A DNA stretch of 64,000 nt, from NCBI RefSeq assembly GCF_009914755.1, contig NC_060931.1; one strand, 5' to 3'. The notes beneath the pieces are model-generated. The model was not told the DNA's origin, searched no databases, and was given only the letters and a program-made list of their open reading frames with translations. This document shows, in pieces, positions 1-13,078 of the stretch (position 1 is the stretch's first letter; each line of letters starts with the position of its first letter). The DNA comes from the human T2T-CHM13v2.0 reference genome, Homo sapiens. Position numbers and translations under genes: made by a program.

Positions 1-439
1 TTTGAATATTCTCTATTTTCAGTTTAGAAATAATTTCAATTTCTGTAAATAGTGCTATGGAGACAGTGAAGAAAAATATATTAAATTTCCAAAGACATAA
101 TTATATCAGTGATCTTCAAATCACGATGCTTCATCAGCATGCTTTCACAGTGAAATATTTAAACTGAGATATTTCTCTATTCTGGATTTTTCTTGGTCTC
201 ACTTAGAGCCATAGTTGAAATCATGTATCATATATTGCCCAAACATGTATTAATCAATTTGACAATAAAAAATAAGAAAAAATAGTACAAAAAAGATTCA
301 CTAAAAAGTAGTTGACGGGTGTTCACATATTATTATTACTTACTAAACAAAATAATCAGTAATTCCCTTTTATTATATACCTATGTAGGGATAGACAGCT
401 ATACTATTGGTGCTGTTTATACAGTATTCTAATACAGTT

Positions 440-580
440 TTCCAGATATTATTACCATTATTCTTATGTTATAGATGATAAAGTTGAGGTAAAGGTTAAG
501 TGACTTACCTAAGATTACACAGAAAGGAAACCCTGGTGCCAGGATTTAAACGTGAGGGCTGGGGTTTGTTTGATTCCAGA
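440..580 (-). mobile_element. MIR SINE fragment
   Basis: atagatgataaagttgagg..aggttaagtgacttacctaagattacacag..ccaggatttaaac matches the reverse-complemented MIR core. Confidence 0.7.
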
Positions 581-854
581 TTCTGGGTTTTGTTTTTGGT
601 TTTTTTGTTTGTTTGTTTTGGTTCCTGTTATATTTCAATCTCCTATTTTTAAAGCATTTGTAATAAAAAAAAAGCATATAGAGTATGTGGACGCCATCCA
701 TGTGATTACTATCATTCAGGTAATTCTCCCACTTGATATAATTAGGTTTGTAAATATGACACTATTTTCCTGTATTATAATTTAGGTAATTACGCTACTG
801 AGTTTAATTACCTTTGCAAGCTTGACATTGTATTTTGCATTAGATCTATTCCAC

Positions 855-980
855 ATGAGTTGGGTTCTACTCTTGGCTTTACTTCTCCATTTTGTGTGAA
901 TTCGAGAAAATTTTACTTCTCTCTACCTCAATTTTCATATTTCTAATATTGGAATCATAAGCCTTTCAAGATTCCCTATA
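855..980 (+). mobile_element. MIR/MIR3 fragment
   Basis: tgggttctactcttggc..tgtgtgaattcgagaaaattt..cctcaattttcatatttctaa resembles the MIR core. Confidence 0.55.
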
Positions 981-2014
981 GGGATATTTTCTCATGGACA
1001 ATTCCAGATGGAAGAAATACATATGTCATGATCATCATCATTGTCACCAAGAGCTGAAACATTCAGTCTAAATAATCCTGGCAGAAAAAGAGGAGAAATA
1101 TACTTTTAAAAATCCACATATATTTCTTTTTCTAGGAGAAGGGATATAGTAATTATATAATATCAGTATAAAACCTGTTATGGGCAATTCTAAATAAGAT
1201 AATTCTAAATGTAAGAATATGGTATTGATTTTAGATATATTATGGCCTATTTTGTGTTGTTTTCTATGTCTATCGTTGAAATTTTACCATTTTATTTTTT
1301 AAAATAGATTGAAAAAAGACTGAATAGTTAATTGCCAACAGTAGCTACATGTATATACATATGAATAGATATAAACATATAAGAATATGCATTTGATTAT
1401 ATAGAATAACTCTAATACCTTATATACTATTTTATTTAAAACCTAGATTATATATTTGATACTGAAATTCTGTGATCTTAGCAAGGAAACAAAAAATTGC
1501 AACAAATACATAATGGGCATATCTTATAGAAAATAGAAGGAAGAATATAGAACTCTAAAAGTCAATATGTTCAGATTTATTTTCAAATATACTATAAAAT
1601 ATTGGAGTGAATTAAAATAAATGGAGAAGGATTTTTGGAAAAACACACATTTTTCTATTAGCATCACGGTATTAGCAATCCCCCCAACAAAATCTGCAAA
1701 TTTAATTCCAGATTATAAATCAATATTGTCATTAATGTAGGACAGTAGTCAATTTATAAATAGAGACTTCATAGTATAATTTAGTATCACTTTATTAACC
1801 CAGCTTTATTGACTGTAATGAAAAAAACTTTTAGTTTTTGTTTTTAAGACAGCTAAATTATCATCATCCAAATGCGTAAAATTTTATTTACTAAAAAATA
1901 AGTATTTGAATTATTTTTATTTAAATTTATAAGCACATTTTATATAATAAGATTAATTTATAAACTACACAGAGTACAAGAATTCTCACATTTCCTTGGT
2001 GACTTGGGATCTCT

Positions 2015-2150
2015 ATTCATTCATTCATACATTTAAAAATATTACCAAATGTCCAGTAACCTGTACTGTGTTAGATCAAAGATGGGAGGTGTTGAAGCAC
2101 AAATAAAACATAGTCCCTGCCCTTAAGGTATTCACGGTCAAGAAAATGGA
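2015..2150 (-). mobile_element. L2 LINE 3' fragment
   Basis: cattcattcat..actgtgttagat..aaataaaacatagtccctgcccttaagg is a typical L2 3' end in reverse. Confidence 0.6.
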
Positions 2151-4819
2151 GGAAATGTAAATGTAACTTATTTGGCCATCACATTACACCCTTTACCATG
2201 TAAGTTCACACCTGTCCTTTTAGGTTTCACAATATATTACCAGACAAAAGAAGTGACTTATGAATCTGTATTGTCACACAATTTCCTAAGGTGTCCTGAG
2301 GCAAATAGGTTGATAGAAAGTTGAATCTATATAATGCAATAACCCATATTTATGTAACACCATAAATGTCTGTGTTTTGAAGAAAAAAGCCATAACATCA
2401 AACATCTGGATGAAAACTAAAAATTTCAGTGACATAGCCAGATGCCTCTAAACATCTGGGATTTGTAGATTTAATATTCCAACTGTTTCCATTTTTATCT
2501 GGGCACTTGGAATATTGTAGACATTGTCTAACAAATATTTATTTATATCTTTGAGATGTGAAAACATGCAAAGGATAATTGTACAAATAAAATTTTCAGA
2601 TTTGATCACATCCCTAGTGATTAAATTTGATCATGGCAGTGTATCTAGTAAATCCAAAGACTAGCCTAAGTAATTCATTAACAAAGTAGCTGAACTACAA
2701 CTGATTTAGTAGTATTAGAATTAGAAGCAAGAATGCTTAAAAGTAAAGGTGAAAAATGGGGAAAAGAAAGCTTTTTTAACTCTTCCTGAATAGATGGATT
2801 TATATCTGATTAAGAGAAGGAATTCTTCAGCTATTTCCAAAAGCTTATTGGAGGCACTAATTGACTCTGTTGTTTCTACCACAATTAAAGGGTGTTTGTG
2901 TGTGTTGGGGAGGCTGTGGAGGGTTAGGATATACTTCATAACTGAAGGCTTAAGTCCTGTTTACAGGGCTGCCTCTCACCTTTATCCACTGATTTAGCAC
3001 ATTGGGAATCATTTTCCTACCTCTGTAATTTTTAGTTCTGAAGCCTCTTCTTTTTCTATTTCCAAGTCTTGTGGATCAGGCTCATTAATGTAATCATAAC
3101 ATTTAAAATTACACATTTCATATGTTTTTAAAACAAAGTGAATACACATTAGCTATAGACAGCCATGGACAAATAACATATTGAACAAGGATTAACCCTT
3201 TCTTGGGGCAACAGATTAAATTCCCCACGACAGATTTGAATCTCACAGGCACAATTATGAGCCAACCTTATACTCTCACTCTTCTTTCCAAAAATGAACC
3301 GAAAGCAACCATTCACATGATAAAGCAAAGTGGTTCTATGATTGATTCCTTTTAACTTGGCCTTTAGTAAACCATTGTTTTCCTTTATACCTGGTAAAAT
3401 TCAACTCGAATGGCTTCTTTCACCATATTTACAGTAAAAATTCACTATTCTTAATCCCATTTTTACAGGAGATAAAAAATAGACACACCTTTTAGTTATT
3501 TTAAGTAAAATATTGTTTACTCAAGTATTTCATGAATAAAAGACTATATCAAATTTAATGAAAATATCAAAACTAAATTAGGCACTTTTTTTCTTTATTG
3601 TGTTATAAAATTACTGAATAGCAATACCTGAAGACATGGAATTTGTATATTCTGAGCCACTACTTCATGCTTATCTTGTTCAAACTACTGAGACCAACTA
3701 GAATGATGGTCTTTGATCTCAACATCTTGCCCAATCTCTTGGCTCATGTTTAACAATAATTGGCAACATAATACCATCAATATTTTGGCTAACAGCTTCT
3801 AAGTATAACTTATCGAATATAAATATTTAGCTGAAACAACGGAACTAATCCTTTATATAAGAAGAGTAGAATACTGAAATATTACTATGATTCAATCTAA
3901 ATTTATATTCTGATTTTTATTAATATTAAATTAATATTTTGATTATTTATGATTGTTTAAATTCTTTATCAGAATCTATGTGACACTTTACTGCCCTGGT
4001 TATTTCATTTATCAGATTTAGAGACTATCACCTTAGATCCAAGTTTATTATATAAACTTATAAAATTATTAGTTCTGTGTGAGTATACACTGACCCATAG
4101 AAAAGTCAATAATTTTAATAACTTCAAAACCGTCAAAAATTTAAAAATATACGTTCATCATAAAAAATTGGAAGTGATAAAGGGATCTGAAGTTCAAAGT
4201 CTATTCTAAATTGAATGCATCTCTGAGTTTTTCATGAGGAGACATAGAAATATGGAGAATAATTGGTACAAAGTCGTTTATAGTCAAAGTCTCTAGAAAA
4301 TTGTCAGTTCTCTTAGGCCTGGGTTTATTATTGTATAGATGTCACAGAACATATGTATGTACTCTTCTATATAAAGATGTAGATAGTAGAAAATTTTCTT
4401 AAAATTGACAATGCCAACACAAAACTTGCACGAGCTTCTCAAAATATCTAGAAGCATCTCAGTTTTAGAATTTTTTTTAACATGAATAAAACTTATGGAT
4501 GCAAGAATAGTGTAGAAAAGGAATGCTGGGAGTGATCTTTCATAGCAGAAGTCTCTTTCTTTAGCAGTACACTCTAAGTGATGATGCTGTGATGTAATGT
4601 ATGATATGTTCCCTAACATTATTGTTAATTTGTTGATTACATATAAATTAATATTTTTGCTTCCCTAGTGAGGAAACTGAGAAACAAAAAGTGGAAAATT
4701 CTTAGACTCCTGGGAAGAATTATCTTTATCCTTTTATTATACCAGCTTGATGAACGTTTACAGCAAGAATCAGAGGAGCAAATTTCAGTAAAATCTCTAA
4801 AATAAAGGCTCATTTTATT

Positions 4820-4910
4820 TGTGTGTGTGTGTATATATACACATATGCAAACACATACACACATATACACAGATATGTGTGTGTGTATATATATCTATAG
4901 ATAGATACAT
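4820..4910. repeat. Compound (TG)/(TA)/(CA) low-complexity repeat
   Basis: Alternating purine-pyrimidine tract seen directly. Confidence 0.85.
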
Positions 4911-5658
4911 CTCCTTACCTCTAACTATACATATGTCTACCTATCTACATCAAAAGAAAGATAGCATTTTAAAAGAAAACAGATTATATATTCTTAAGGC
5001 CAGTTCAATAAAGGTAACGTTTATTTTTCTTTGGTTTTTAAAATATTATTTGAAATTTAAATATTTACATTTATTAGGGATGAGTTACTTATTTCTTAGT
5101 CTTTTACTTTATACAGGTAATATTTCTGAAAATTAATTTTAGGTTAAAACATTGTTTGCACCGAATAGATCTTGCTTTATTATTGATCTTAAGTTACTTT
5201 TCATGTATCATAACCTTTTTTGTGTGGAAGCTGAAGTAGTTTTGAGTCTAGTTTTTGATGCTTACCAATACTGTCAATATGTATTTATTTATTTAAATAA
5301 AAGCATTATCAGGAATGTCTCTTTATATTTAATATTAAAATCCCCTCTCATATCCCATCGTCAACTCTTTTACCCTTTACTCTCCCCATTTTACCAGTTG
5401 TAGTCAAATTATTCTTAATAATTGTCATATCATGAGTTAAGCAAATAAAACATCTTACTGTTTCTCTAGATGACTCCTATATACTGCTGTAAAGAAATAA
5501 AGAAATATTCTAAAGTGTGGCTACATAGGTAGACTTGAATTAACATGAATAGACAATAAGTCAACTCATGGAGACATAATTAGCTAAGTAACTAAATGTA
5601 TACATTTGTAGAAATAAAACTATGAAGCAGAGAGATTGTGTAAAATAGCTGAGCAAAA

Positions 5659-5828
5659 CGGGCGTGGTAGCGGGCTCCTGTAGTCCCAACTACTCTACTC
5701 GGGAGGCTGAGGCAGGAGAATGGCCTGAACTCAGGAGGCGGAGCTTGCAGTGAGCCGAGATCAAGCCACTGCACTCCAGCCTGGGTGACAAACAACAACA
5801 ACAACAACAACAACAAAGCAAAACAAAA
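5659..5828 (+). mobile_element. 5'-truncated Alu (right monomer, AluY-like) with (ACA)n tail
   Basis: GAATGGCCTGAAC and GGAGCTTGCAGTGAGCCGAGATC are AluY-type motifs. Flanked by AAAA(T/C)AGCTGAGCAAAA at 5642-5658 and 5829-5845. Confidence 0.92.
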
Positions 5829-7072
5829 AAAACAGCTGAGCAAAAGACAAAACCACTCTTTATTTGGCACACAAAATATTTCTCTTTAGTAGTCATCAAA
5901 AAAATGATAGCTATTTTGAAAATACTTGGCATTGGGCCATTTGATGATTTATGAGTAAAAAACAAAACATAATCCCTCTCATTTCCACCAATGGAGTATG
6001 ATCTCGTTAGGTGGGATTTTCCATTTATCTTGGCAGAAGTATCATTAATTTAGTCTGTTTATTCCAGTAATCTTAACTAGTTTACAAGTCTACAACATTG
6101 CACCTTTGATTAGCTCTGTGAAAAAGATGTTTTGAAGTGAAAGGATCTCCCATTCTGTCTATATTTGGCAGCCTTAACTATAAAAATGTCCATTTTACCA
6201 CTTCTTTTATATGCTCCTGCAGCTGCTTTCTCTCGTCTTCCCACTGTGAGATATTAAAAATCTGGTGGGAGTTTTCTCCAAGTTTATCTGGATGGAGAAA
6301 AAAACGCCAGAATAAGCTTGTCCAAATTAAAAATACCTTGAAACTGGAGAGCCTTTAGACTGAGTTCTCTGCAAATCATTCGGGGTGACTCTGACAATTG
6401 AAGATTATTATCTGTTGATCTTGAAGGTTATATGAGAATATGTTGTAAACTAGAAGCTGTAAGTTAGAAGCTAGAAGATTTACTGGAGTGATCTGTAACT
6501 GTTCAACAAACAACATTATATAATTAAAATATTTGAAGCTCAGCTTCATTCTAGTTTCTGCATTTTTATTTAACATAAAATGATTTTCTTTAACACTTGT
6601 GTGCTAACATGGAATTACTTTGCAGAATGAGCCTCTTTTTTTCCTTCTTTGGCCAGATGAAGTTCAAACAGAATTATAGACTACCCTGACATTGCATTAT
6701 GGAAGATGCAAATGTAAGAGTGTGACATCTTTGTGTGATTCCATGACTATTCTTCAGAATGGAATTTGGAAATTCAAGTCCTGAGTGATATTTAAGGATT
6801 TAATATACCTTATGTTTTTCTAAAAGGAAACCTAATTATTATTGCAAATCTTCATGACACATATAAGAGTCATCATAAAATTTGTGTTGGATATACTGAT
6901 CGGTGATATAAGTAAGGTAGGGGTAGCCACAAATAACATCAGTGATAGACATGCACATTTTATTGTCAATCATGTACAATTTCCACATGACAATATGTCT
7001 AAAGACTAGTTCTGATTGTAAAGTAAGTTTTCATTTAGGAGAAAATTATTTCTCAAAAACAATTCTGTTACA

Positions 7073-7375
7073 GGCCAGGTGCCATGGCTCAAGCCCGTAA
7101 TCTCAGCACTTTGGGAGGCCGAGGCTGGTGGATCACGAGGTCAGGAGTTCAAGACCAGCCTGGCCAAGATGGTGAAACCCCGTCCCTACTAAAAATACAA
7201 AAAATTAGCCGGGCATGGTAGCAGGTGCCTGTAATCCCAGCTACCAGAGAGACTGAGGAAGAGAATTGCTTGAACCCAGGAGGCGGAGGTTGCAGTGAGC
7301 CGAGACTGCACCACTGCACTCCAGCCTTGGTGACAGAGCGAGACTCTGTCTCAAAAAACAAACACACAAACAAAA
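7073..7375 (+). mobile_element. Alu (AluS, Sg-like), full length
   Basis: Dimeric Alu with GGATCACGAGGTCAGGAGTTCAAGACCAGCC and an A-rich tail. Confidence 0.95.
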
Positions 7376-7434
7376 GCAATCTTATTATATAATTTAATAT
7401 TTGTTTTCCCTGTTTGCATGATATCTTTCTTTTG

Positions 7435-7562
7435 ATGTAGATAGATATACATATAGTTAGAAGTATGGAGATGTGTATATATTTATATGCATACACATAC
7501 ATATATATCTGTGTATATGTGTGTGTATGTGTTTGCATATGTGTATATTTACACACACACAC
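7435..7562. repeat. (TA/TG/CA) low-complexity repeat
   Basis: Seen directly. Confidence 0.75.
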
Positions 7563-7649
7563 ATAAAATGAGCCTATGAGTCCTGTCTCTGCTTTTGAAT
7601 CACACACCCATATAAAATGAGCCTATAAGTCCTGTCTTTGCATTTGAAT
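7563..7649. repeat. Two-copy tandem duplication, 49-bp period
   Basis: ataaaatgagcctatgagtcctgtctctgcttttgaat (7563) versus ataaaatgagcctataagtcctgtctttgcatttgaat (7612). Confidence 0.9.
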
Positions 7650-7977
7650 TTCAAAAGACCTTGACAATGTTAAGGAAACTATTTTATATTCAAATAATTC
7701 TATTAAAGCTAAGGAAAATATTGAACAATATGAGGTTAGATGTAATATTCCTTGGTGTAGATGTTTATTTTACTGAATCTCAGGTTATTTTAACATATGA
7801 AAAAAATAAGTCTTAAAGAATGAATATGAAAAGACAACATATCTATAATTAGATATTTTACATGTGGAAATCCTAGGGAAGGATGTTGTTTAAGATTATA
7901 TAGGGTCAAGATATAGATTACATGGCTAAACATAGCATTTATGAGATTAATATAAAATCTAAGTAATGGAATAGCCA

Positions 7978-8342
7978 TGCTATGGTCTAAATATTTATGT
8001 CTCCTCCAAATTCTTATGTTAAAATCCTAACCCTCAAGGTGACGGCATTAGGAGATGGGGCCCTTGGAATGAGATTAGGTCGTAAGAACAGATCTAGCAT
8101 TACTCAGATTAGTGCCCTTATTAAAGAGGTCCCAGAGAGCTACCTAGCCTCTTCAGCCATCATATCAAGGTAGAATGGAAAAATGGAAGTCTATGAAGAA
8201 GTGTGTGCTCACCAGACACCGAATCTGCTGATGCCTTGATCTTGGACTTCCCATCCTCCAGAACTGTGAGAAATAAATGTGTGTTGTTTATAAGCCACCC
8301 AGTCTATGGTATTTCATTATAGCAGCCCCAATAGACTACAAG
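7978..8342 (+). mobile_element. MaLR solo LTR (MLT1A-like)
   Basis: Starts TGCTATGGTCT; contains gccttgatcttggacttccca..ccagaactgtgagaaataaatgt..taagccacccagtctatggtatt. Confidence 0.88.
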
Positions 8343-8600
8343 CTGCATTGCAAATTACAGAAGATGGATTTTAAAGTGTTCTGTTTGTAATTCTGTTAAT
8401 AACTTTAAAACCCCAACCTCCAGAAAATAAACTGAAAATATTTCACTGGGATGAGAGCCCTGGCATTTTGAAAGAATATGCCATCTGACCTTCAAGAATA
8501 GCAAAGTTGACAACTGACATCATAGTATATTTTTTCTGATAAATTCAGCACAGTAAAATTCAGCCCAGAAAATACAATATAACTTAAAATAGACACATAA

Positions 8601-8915
<315 letters not shown>

Positions 8916-9619
8916 TAATTTAAGATATTTTGTGCACAGATTCTTAATTTAAGAAACTTAAGATAATATGTGTGCATAGAAATGTTGGAATGAAATGGTG
9001 CAACCAGAAACATTATCCAATACAATTACATCATTCCTCTCCTGTGACATTCTACACTCATAACAATTGTGAATATTTGTTCAATTTTTACCTCTTCTAT
9101 GAATTCTAACAGGTATTTCTTTAGCTTAAGATTTTACTTCCAGCACTTAGCTCAACAAATATTTGTGTTACAAAATGATTAATTCAACATGCTTTGCATA
9201 GCAAAGGTTTTTCCCACCTGGGTGATAATTCTGTTTTATAGTTTACACTAAAAATTATTTCATACCCATTATGATATACAAATCTACATAGAAGAAAGAG
9301 CAGGTTTTAATTTCCATTTTATGCCTTGGGGAGATTGTTACTTACTTAAGAACACACAATTCTAATCAGCAAACCTTGGATTTTTATTCAGATTTTTTTC
9401 ATAACAATTAAATTCTTTTTGACTAACCCAGGGAGGCCCTCTAAAGCCTTAGTTTTGATTAGGAATTTAAATTCTGCATGTATACATCTTTTCACATTAA
9501 CTTGCAAAACTGCACGTAGAGATTTATGGAATAAAAATATATTGTGCACAATAACAAATTTTCAATTCAATGAAAACTGAACTATCTCTCATGTTCTGTG
9601 TTAATTTCCCCCCTGTGAT

Positions 9620-10054
9620 GCTGTGGTTAGATTATTTCAGGAATGACTTCCAATGAAGCGATCTTGTCCTACACTGACACTGAGTTTGGTCACATGGCTT
9701 GCTTTAGACAATGGGACACTAGCAAATATGACGTAAGAGGCCTGAAAAGCCCTTGCTCACCGGAGTTTTCCCCCTCAGTGCTCCTGGGAATGCTTCTATC
9801 ACCATTGGAAGGATCCCAAGCTAGCCTATAAGAAGATGAAACCACAGCTGAGGCCCAACCATCTCTTTCTTAGTCAGCCCACCAGCTGACTGGAGCTCCA
9901 TGAGGGTTCCATGTAGGGCCAGCAGTATTACTGTCCAACTAAGCCCAGTCAAAATCTCTAACCTACAAAACCTAAAGCAAATAAAACTTTGGTTATTATT
10001 TGAAGCCATTAAGATTTGGAGTGGTTTGTTACACAGCAAAGGGTAACTAACACA
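9620..10054 (+). mobile_element. Old MaLR LTR (MLT1F-J type)
   Basis: tttggtcacatggcttgctttagacaatgg and the 3' end aataaa..aagccattaagatttggagtggtttgttacacagcaa..taactaacaca. Confidence 0.72.
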
Positions 10055-11249
10055 AAATGTTAAAAGAATCTTTAAAACAACATTAAAATAGTATGTATAG
10101 GTATATATAATTCTTGCATGTAATTCTTTACCAAGCTCCTGAAGTCAGTTAGAAAGAAGAAATATCCAAGACACCTTCAACGTTTTCAAACCAGATTTAC
10201 AAAACTGCTTCTAAAGATAAATGATTCTGCTCCGTGGTCAAACAATGACAGATAACCGTAGACCACCCCCAAAATGTCAAGTACAGAATCTTGTTTTTCC
10301 TCTTGGCTGAGAGCACAGTACTGGATCCTGTCATTTCTACAGATTGGAAGCAAATCCTAGTTTCCTAGTTCCTTCATCTGCTATATAAAACACGGTTGCA
10401 TTTCCTAGAATTCACCATCTCTATATAAGAACATTAGTGTGTAATTCTCCCTCCACATACACCTTTTTATTTTCCGTTCCCTGTTTAAAAAAAATAATAA
10501 AATAGAGGTCTGATGATGTAGACTTTGGATCCTGCTTTCCAGCATGCCAAATGTTGAACCCATAGAGGGAATTTTGTATGTGAAGTCTAAGGGAAGGAAA
10601 ATGCTGTGCTCCATAACATAGGTACTAGTCATAATATGTAATAAAATACAAACTGCCAATAAATAAAACCACAGAAAAGTGTTCCTCTGTATATTTCTAC
10701 TACCCATAAATAACCTACCAAAGCTGAAATGTAAAAATTAACAGAAGGAAAGCAGGTCATTTAAGAAATTGGATAAAATAACTTGCTCTCTTAAGACATG
10801 CATTCATTTGTCCACACCCTGTTGATATTTCTTTGGTTCCAATGGGATCCTGGAGGAGGTACACACAGTGAAAGAGGAAATGAGACTCTAGCCCTAAGAG
10901 TGCCAATCATAACTGCACTGTCCATAAAGATGTTTGCATTTGCCTTTCAGGAATGTTTTTGTAAAGATTAGCAACTGTTAACCGGCAGTAGGCTAGATTC
11001 TCCTCAGGGAAACAAGAATCTGTACAAGGAATTCACTGGGAACACTGTTAGAACAAATCATTTGTCATTCAAAAAAAATGCAAGAAAGGGACCTAAAAAG
11101 CAATTAATTTAAAAATATTATTTAGGTCTCATTAATTGGAGTCCAAAAACATTAATAATTTCAAAGTATTCTCTGAGTGGGTAGCAGAATTTTGAATTAC
11201 TGACACCGATACAATTTCAAAAATATTTTGGGTAAAGGGGCAGAAATAT

Positions 11250-11612
11250 TTACCAATGATCTATGTGTCCTTGCCTTTCATCATTTCCCAGCCATCTTGC
11301 ACCTAAGCCGCACCATTTGACTATTCTAGACATTAGTGTGTAAATAGAAGTGACATGGCTAATTTCCAGGTGAAAACATTTAAAGGTCAGTGCATAAACT
11401 TCCAATTCTTTCTTATTTCTTGTAGTTACCATGGACACCACATGTTGAGATGCTAAAGAGTCAGAATGGGTCTGTGAGTGATTATCTGGAATGCTGGACA
11501 TGTAGAGTTTGTATGGAGAGTGAGTAAGTAATGAACATTTTTATGTTATGCCATTGAGATTTGAGGGTGAATGTGTTACTGCAACTTATCATGACCTATC
11601 CTGAGCAATACA
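11250..11612 (+). mobile_element. Old MaLR LTR (MLT1I/J type)
   Basis: catttcccagccatcttgcacctaag..agaagtgacatgg..gccattgagatttgagggtgaatgtgttactgca..ctatcctgagcaataca. Confidence 0.7.
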
Positions 11613-11981
11613 GAAAACTAATCTGGGTTTACCAACTTTCTAATATGCCAAATAAGGAGATTTTAACATATAAGCATGCACAACTCCTCACTGTATGCCA
11701 TCATTATGTAAAAGAAATAATATTTTAAAACCCAAAAATACAGAAGGATAATAATCATAGGAGGATTCTTTCTTCAACTCAATAAGTATGGTTTTCTTTC
11801 AAATATCACTATATTATTTTTAATTTTGTTATTTTGCTGGCAAAATTTTATCATGGAATAGTATAACTGTCTTCCAAATGGTATTCAAGAATTCTGGATC
11901 TAGGTATTTCAAATATGGCAAAGAAGACTGTGGACCCAGGGCAATTAAAAAAGATCATATAATGATAATGCCCAGCTTTAC

Positions 11982-12154
11982 CTGTCTTTCAGTGAGATCC
12001 AGATTCACTGCTATCTCGTATCGCCTCAGTCTGGTGAGATAATTATGATGGGCAAATTCTGCTTCAAGTTCTCTGATTTGCTCTTTGGTAAATGCTGTCC
12101 TTTCTTTCCTGGGTTTGCTGTTGACTTCTGACTTGTAATTTCCTTCCTGGGAGT
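11982..12154 (-). CDS. MEOX2: MEOX2 internal coding exon (exon 2), encoding homeodomain helices 1-2 and start of helix 3
   Basis: Translates (D)[68 protein letters not shown] and DLTERQ match MEOX2 rather than MEOX1 (ARKERT/EQLRE/DLSERQ, recalled). Acceptor ccctttttttttcag ends at 12155; donor CAG|GTAAAG starts at 11981. Length 173 nt = 2 + 57 codons. Confidence 0.97.
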
Positions 12155-12187
12155 CTGAAAAAAAAGGGAGACAGAATTGGTAATAAC

Positions 12188-12295
12188 TCATTTATTCAAA
12201 CACATGCAATCATATTATTCACAGTTATTGAATTACTACTTTTCCAGGTACTGCGCTAGACATGGAACAAATAGAGACCAAAGACAGCAAGACTG
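12188..12295 (-). mobile_element. L2 3' fragment just upstream of the exon acceptor
   Basis: tcatttattcaaacaca..ttattgaattactact..ccaggtactgcgctagacatgga. Confidence 0.55.
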
Positions 12296-13042
12296 ACGGC
12301 AGCTCAACGGGGGGAGATATAATTCTTATTTTTTTCATCTTCCTTCAGGTAACTCACAGTCCATTTGGGAAAGCATGTAATTTTCTTCTTATAAAATATT
12401 AACAAAACCTTTAACTGCTTGTAGTATGATATTAAGATAAACCAAAACCTCTCTAGAAAACACTTTTAGATATGAAGTTCTGTTTCATAAGTTGTTGAAC
12501 ATACGTACTTGAGGTCTAAGTAAGATTGAACATAGTAATCCTTTAAAAAGTGGCATCTCAATATAGGAGTATTTGAGAAATTCAAACGTTTAGCAACTGG
12601 ACCATAAAAAATTTTATGCTCAGACTGAGCGTATGTAAAAGTATGTGTGTACTTATTGGCTTTTTTATCTGTATTTAAGTAAAATTCTTCAGGGCAATAG
12701 CAATGTTCTTTTATTTTATATTATACTTAGTCCAACATGGAATCTATAAATGAAATTGTGTTCATATGACTTAAACTATGAACAGAGTTTTTAAATGTGT
12801 TTTTCATTATATATAAGATAAACATAAGGTGCACAACATGTAACATCAGTGATCCACAACATCAAATCTTATAATGCAGTGTAAAATACCAATAGCAATT
12901 TTGAGTATATCATTCCATTTTTCCTCTTAAGGGTTCAATACATAACTAACATATAGAATTTCTTTTATCCTCATAAATACCCCTGAAATGTAGGTCAGAA
13001 GACATTCTTAATATACTAAAAAGCAGAACGTGAATCAATAGT

Positions 13043-13044
<2 letters not shown>

Positions 13045-13074
<30 letters not shown>
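13045..13074. repeat. (AC)15 microsatellite
   Basis: Seen directly. Confidence 0.97.

Positions 13075-13078
<4 letters not shown>

Noticed and set aside
11955-12191. 78-aa ORF as a stand-alone homeobox gene or pseudogene
   Set aside because: The ends [12 protein letters not shown] and VKLGIIII are translated intron; canonical splice sites delimit the true exon.
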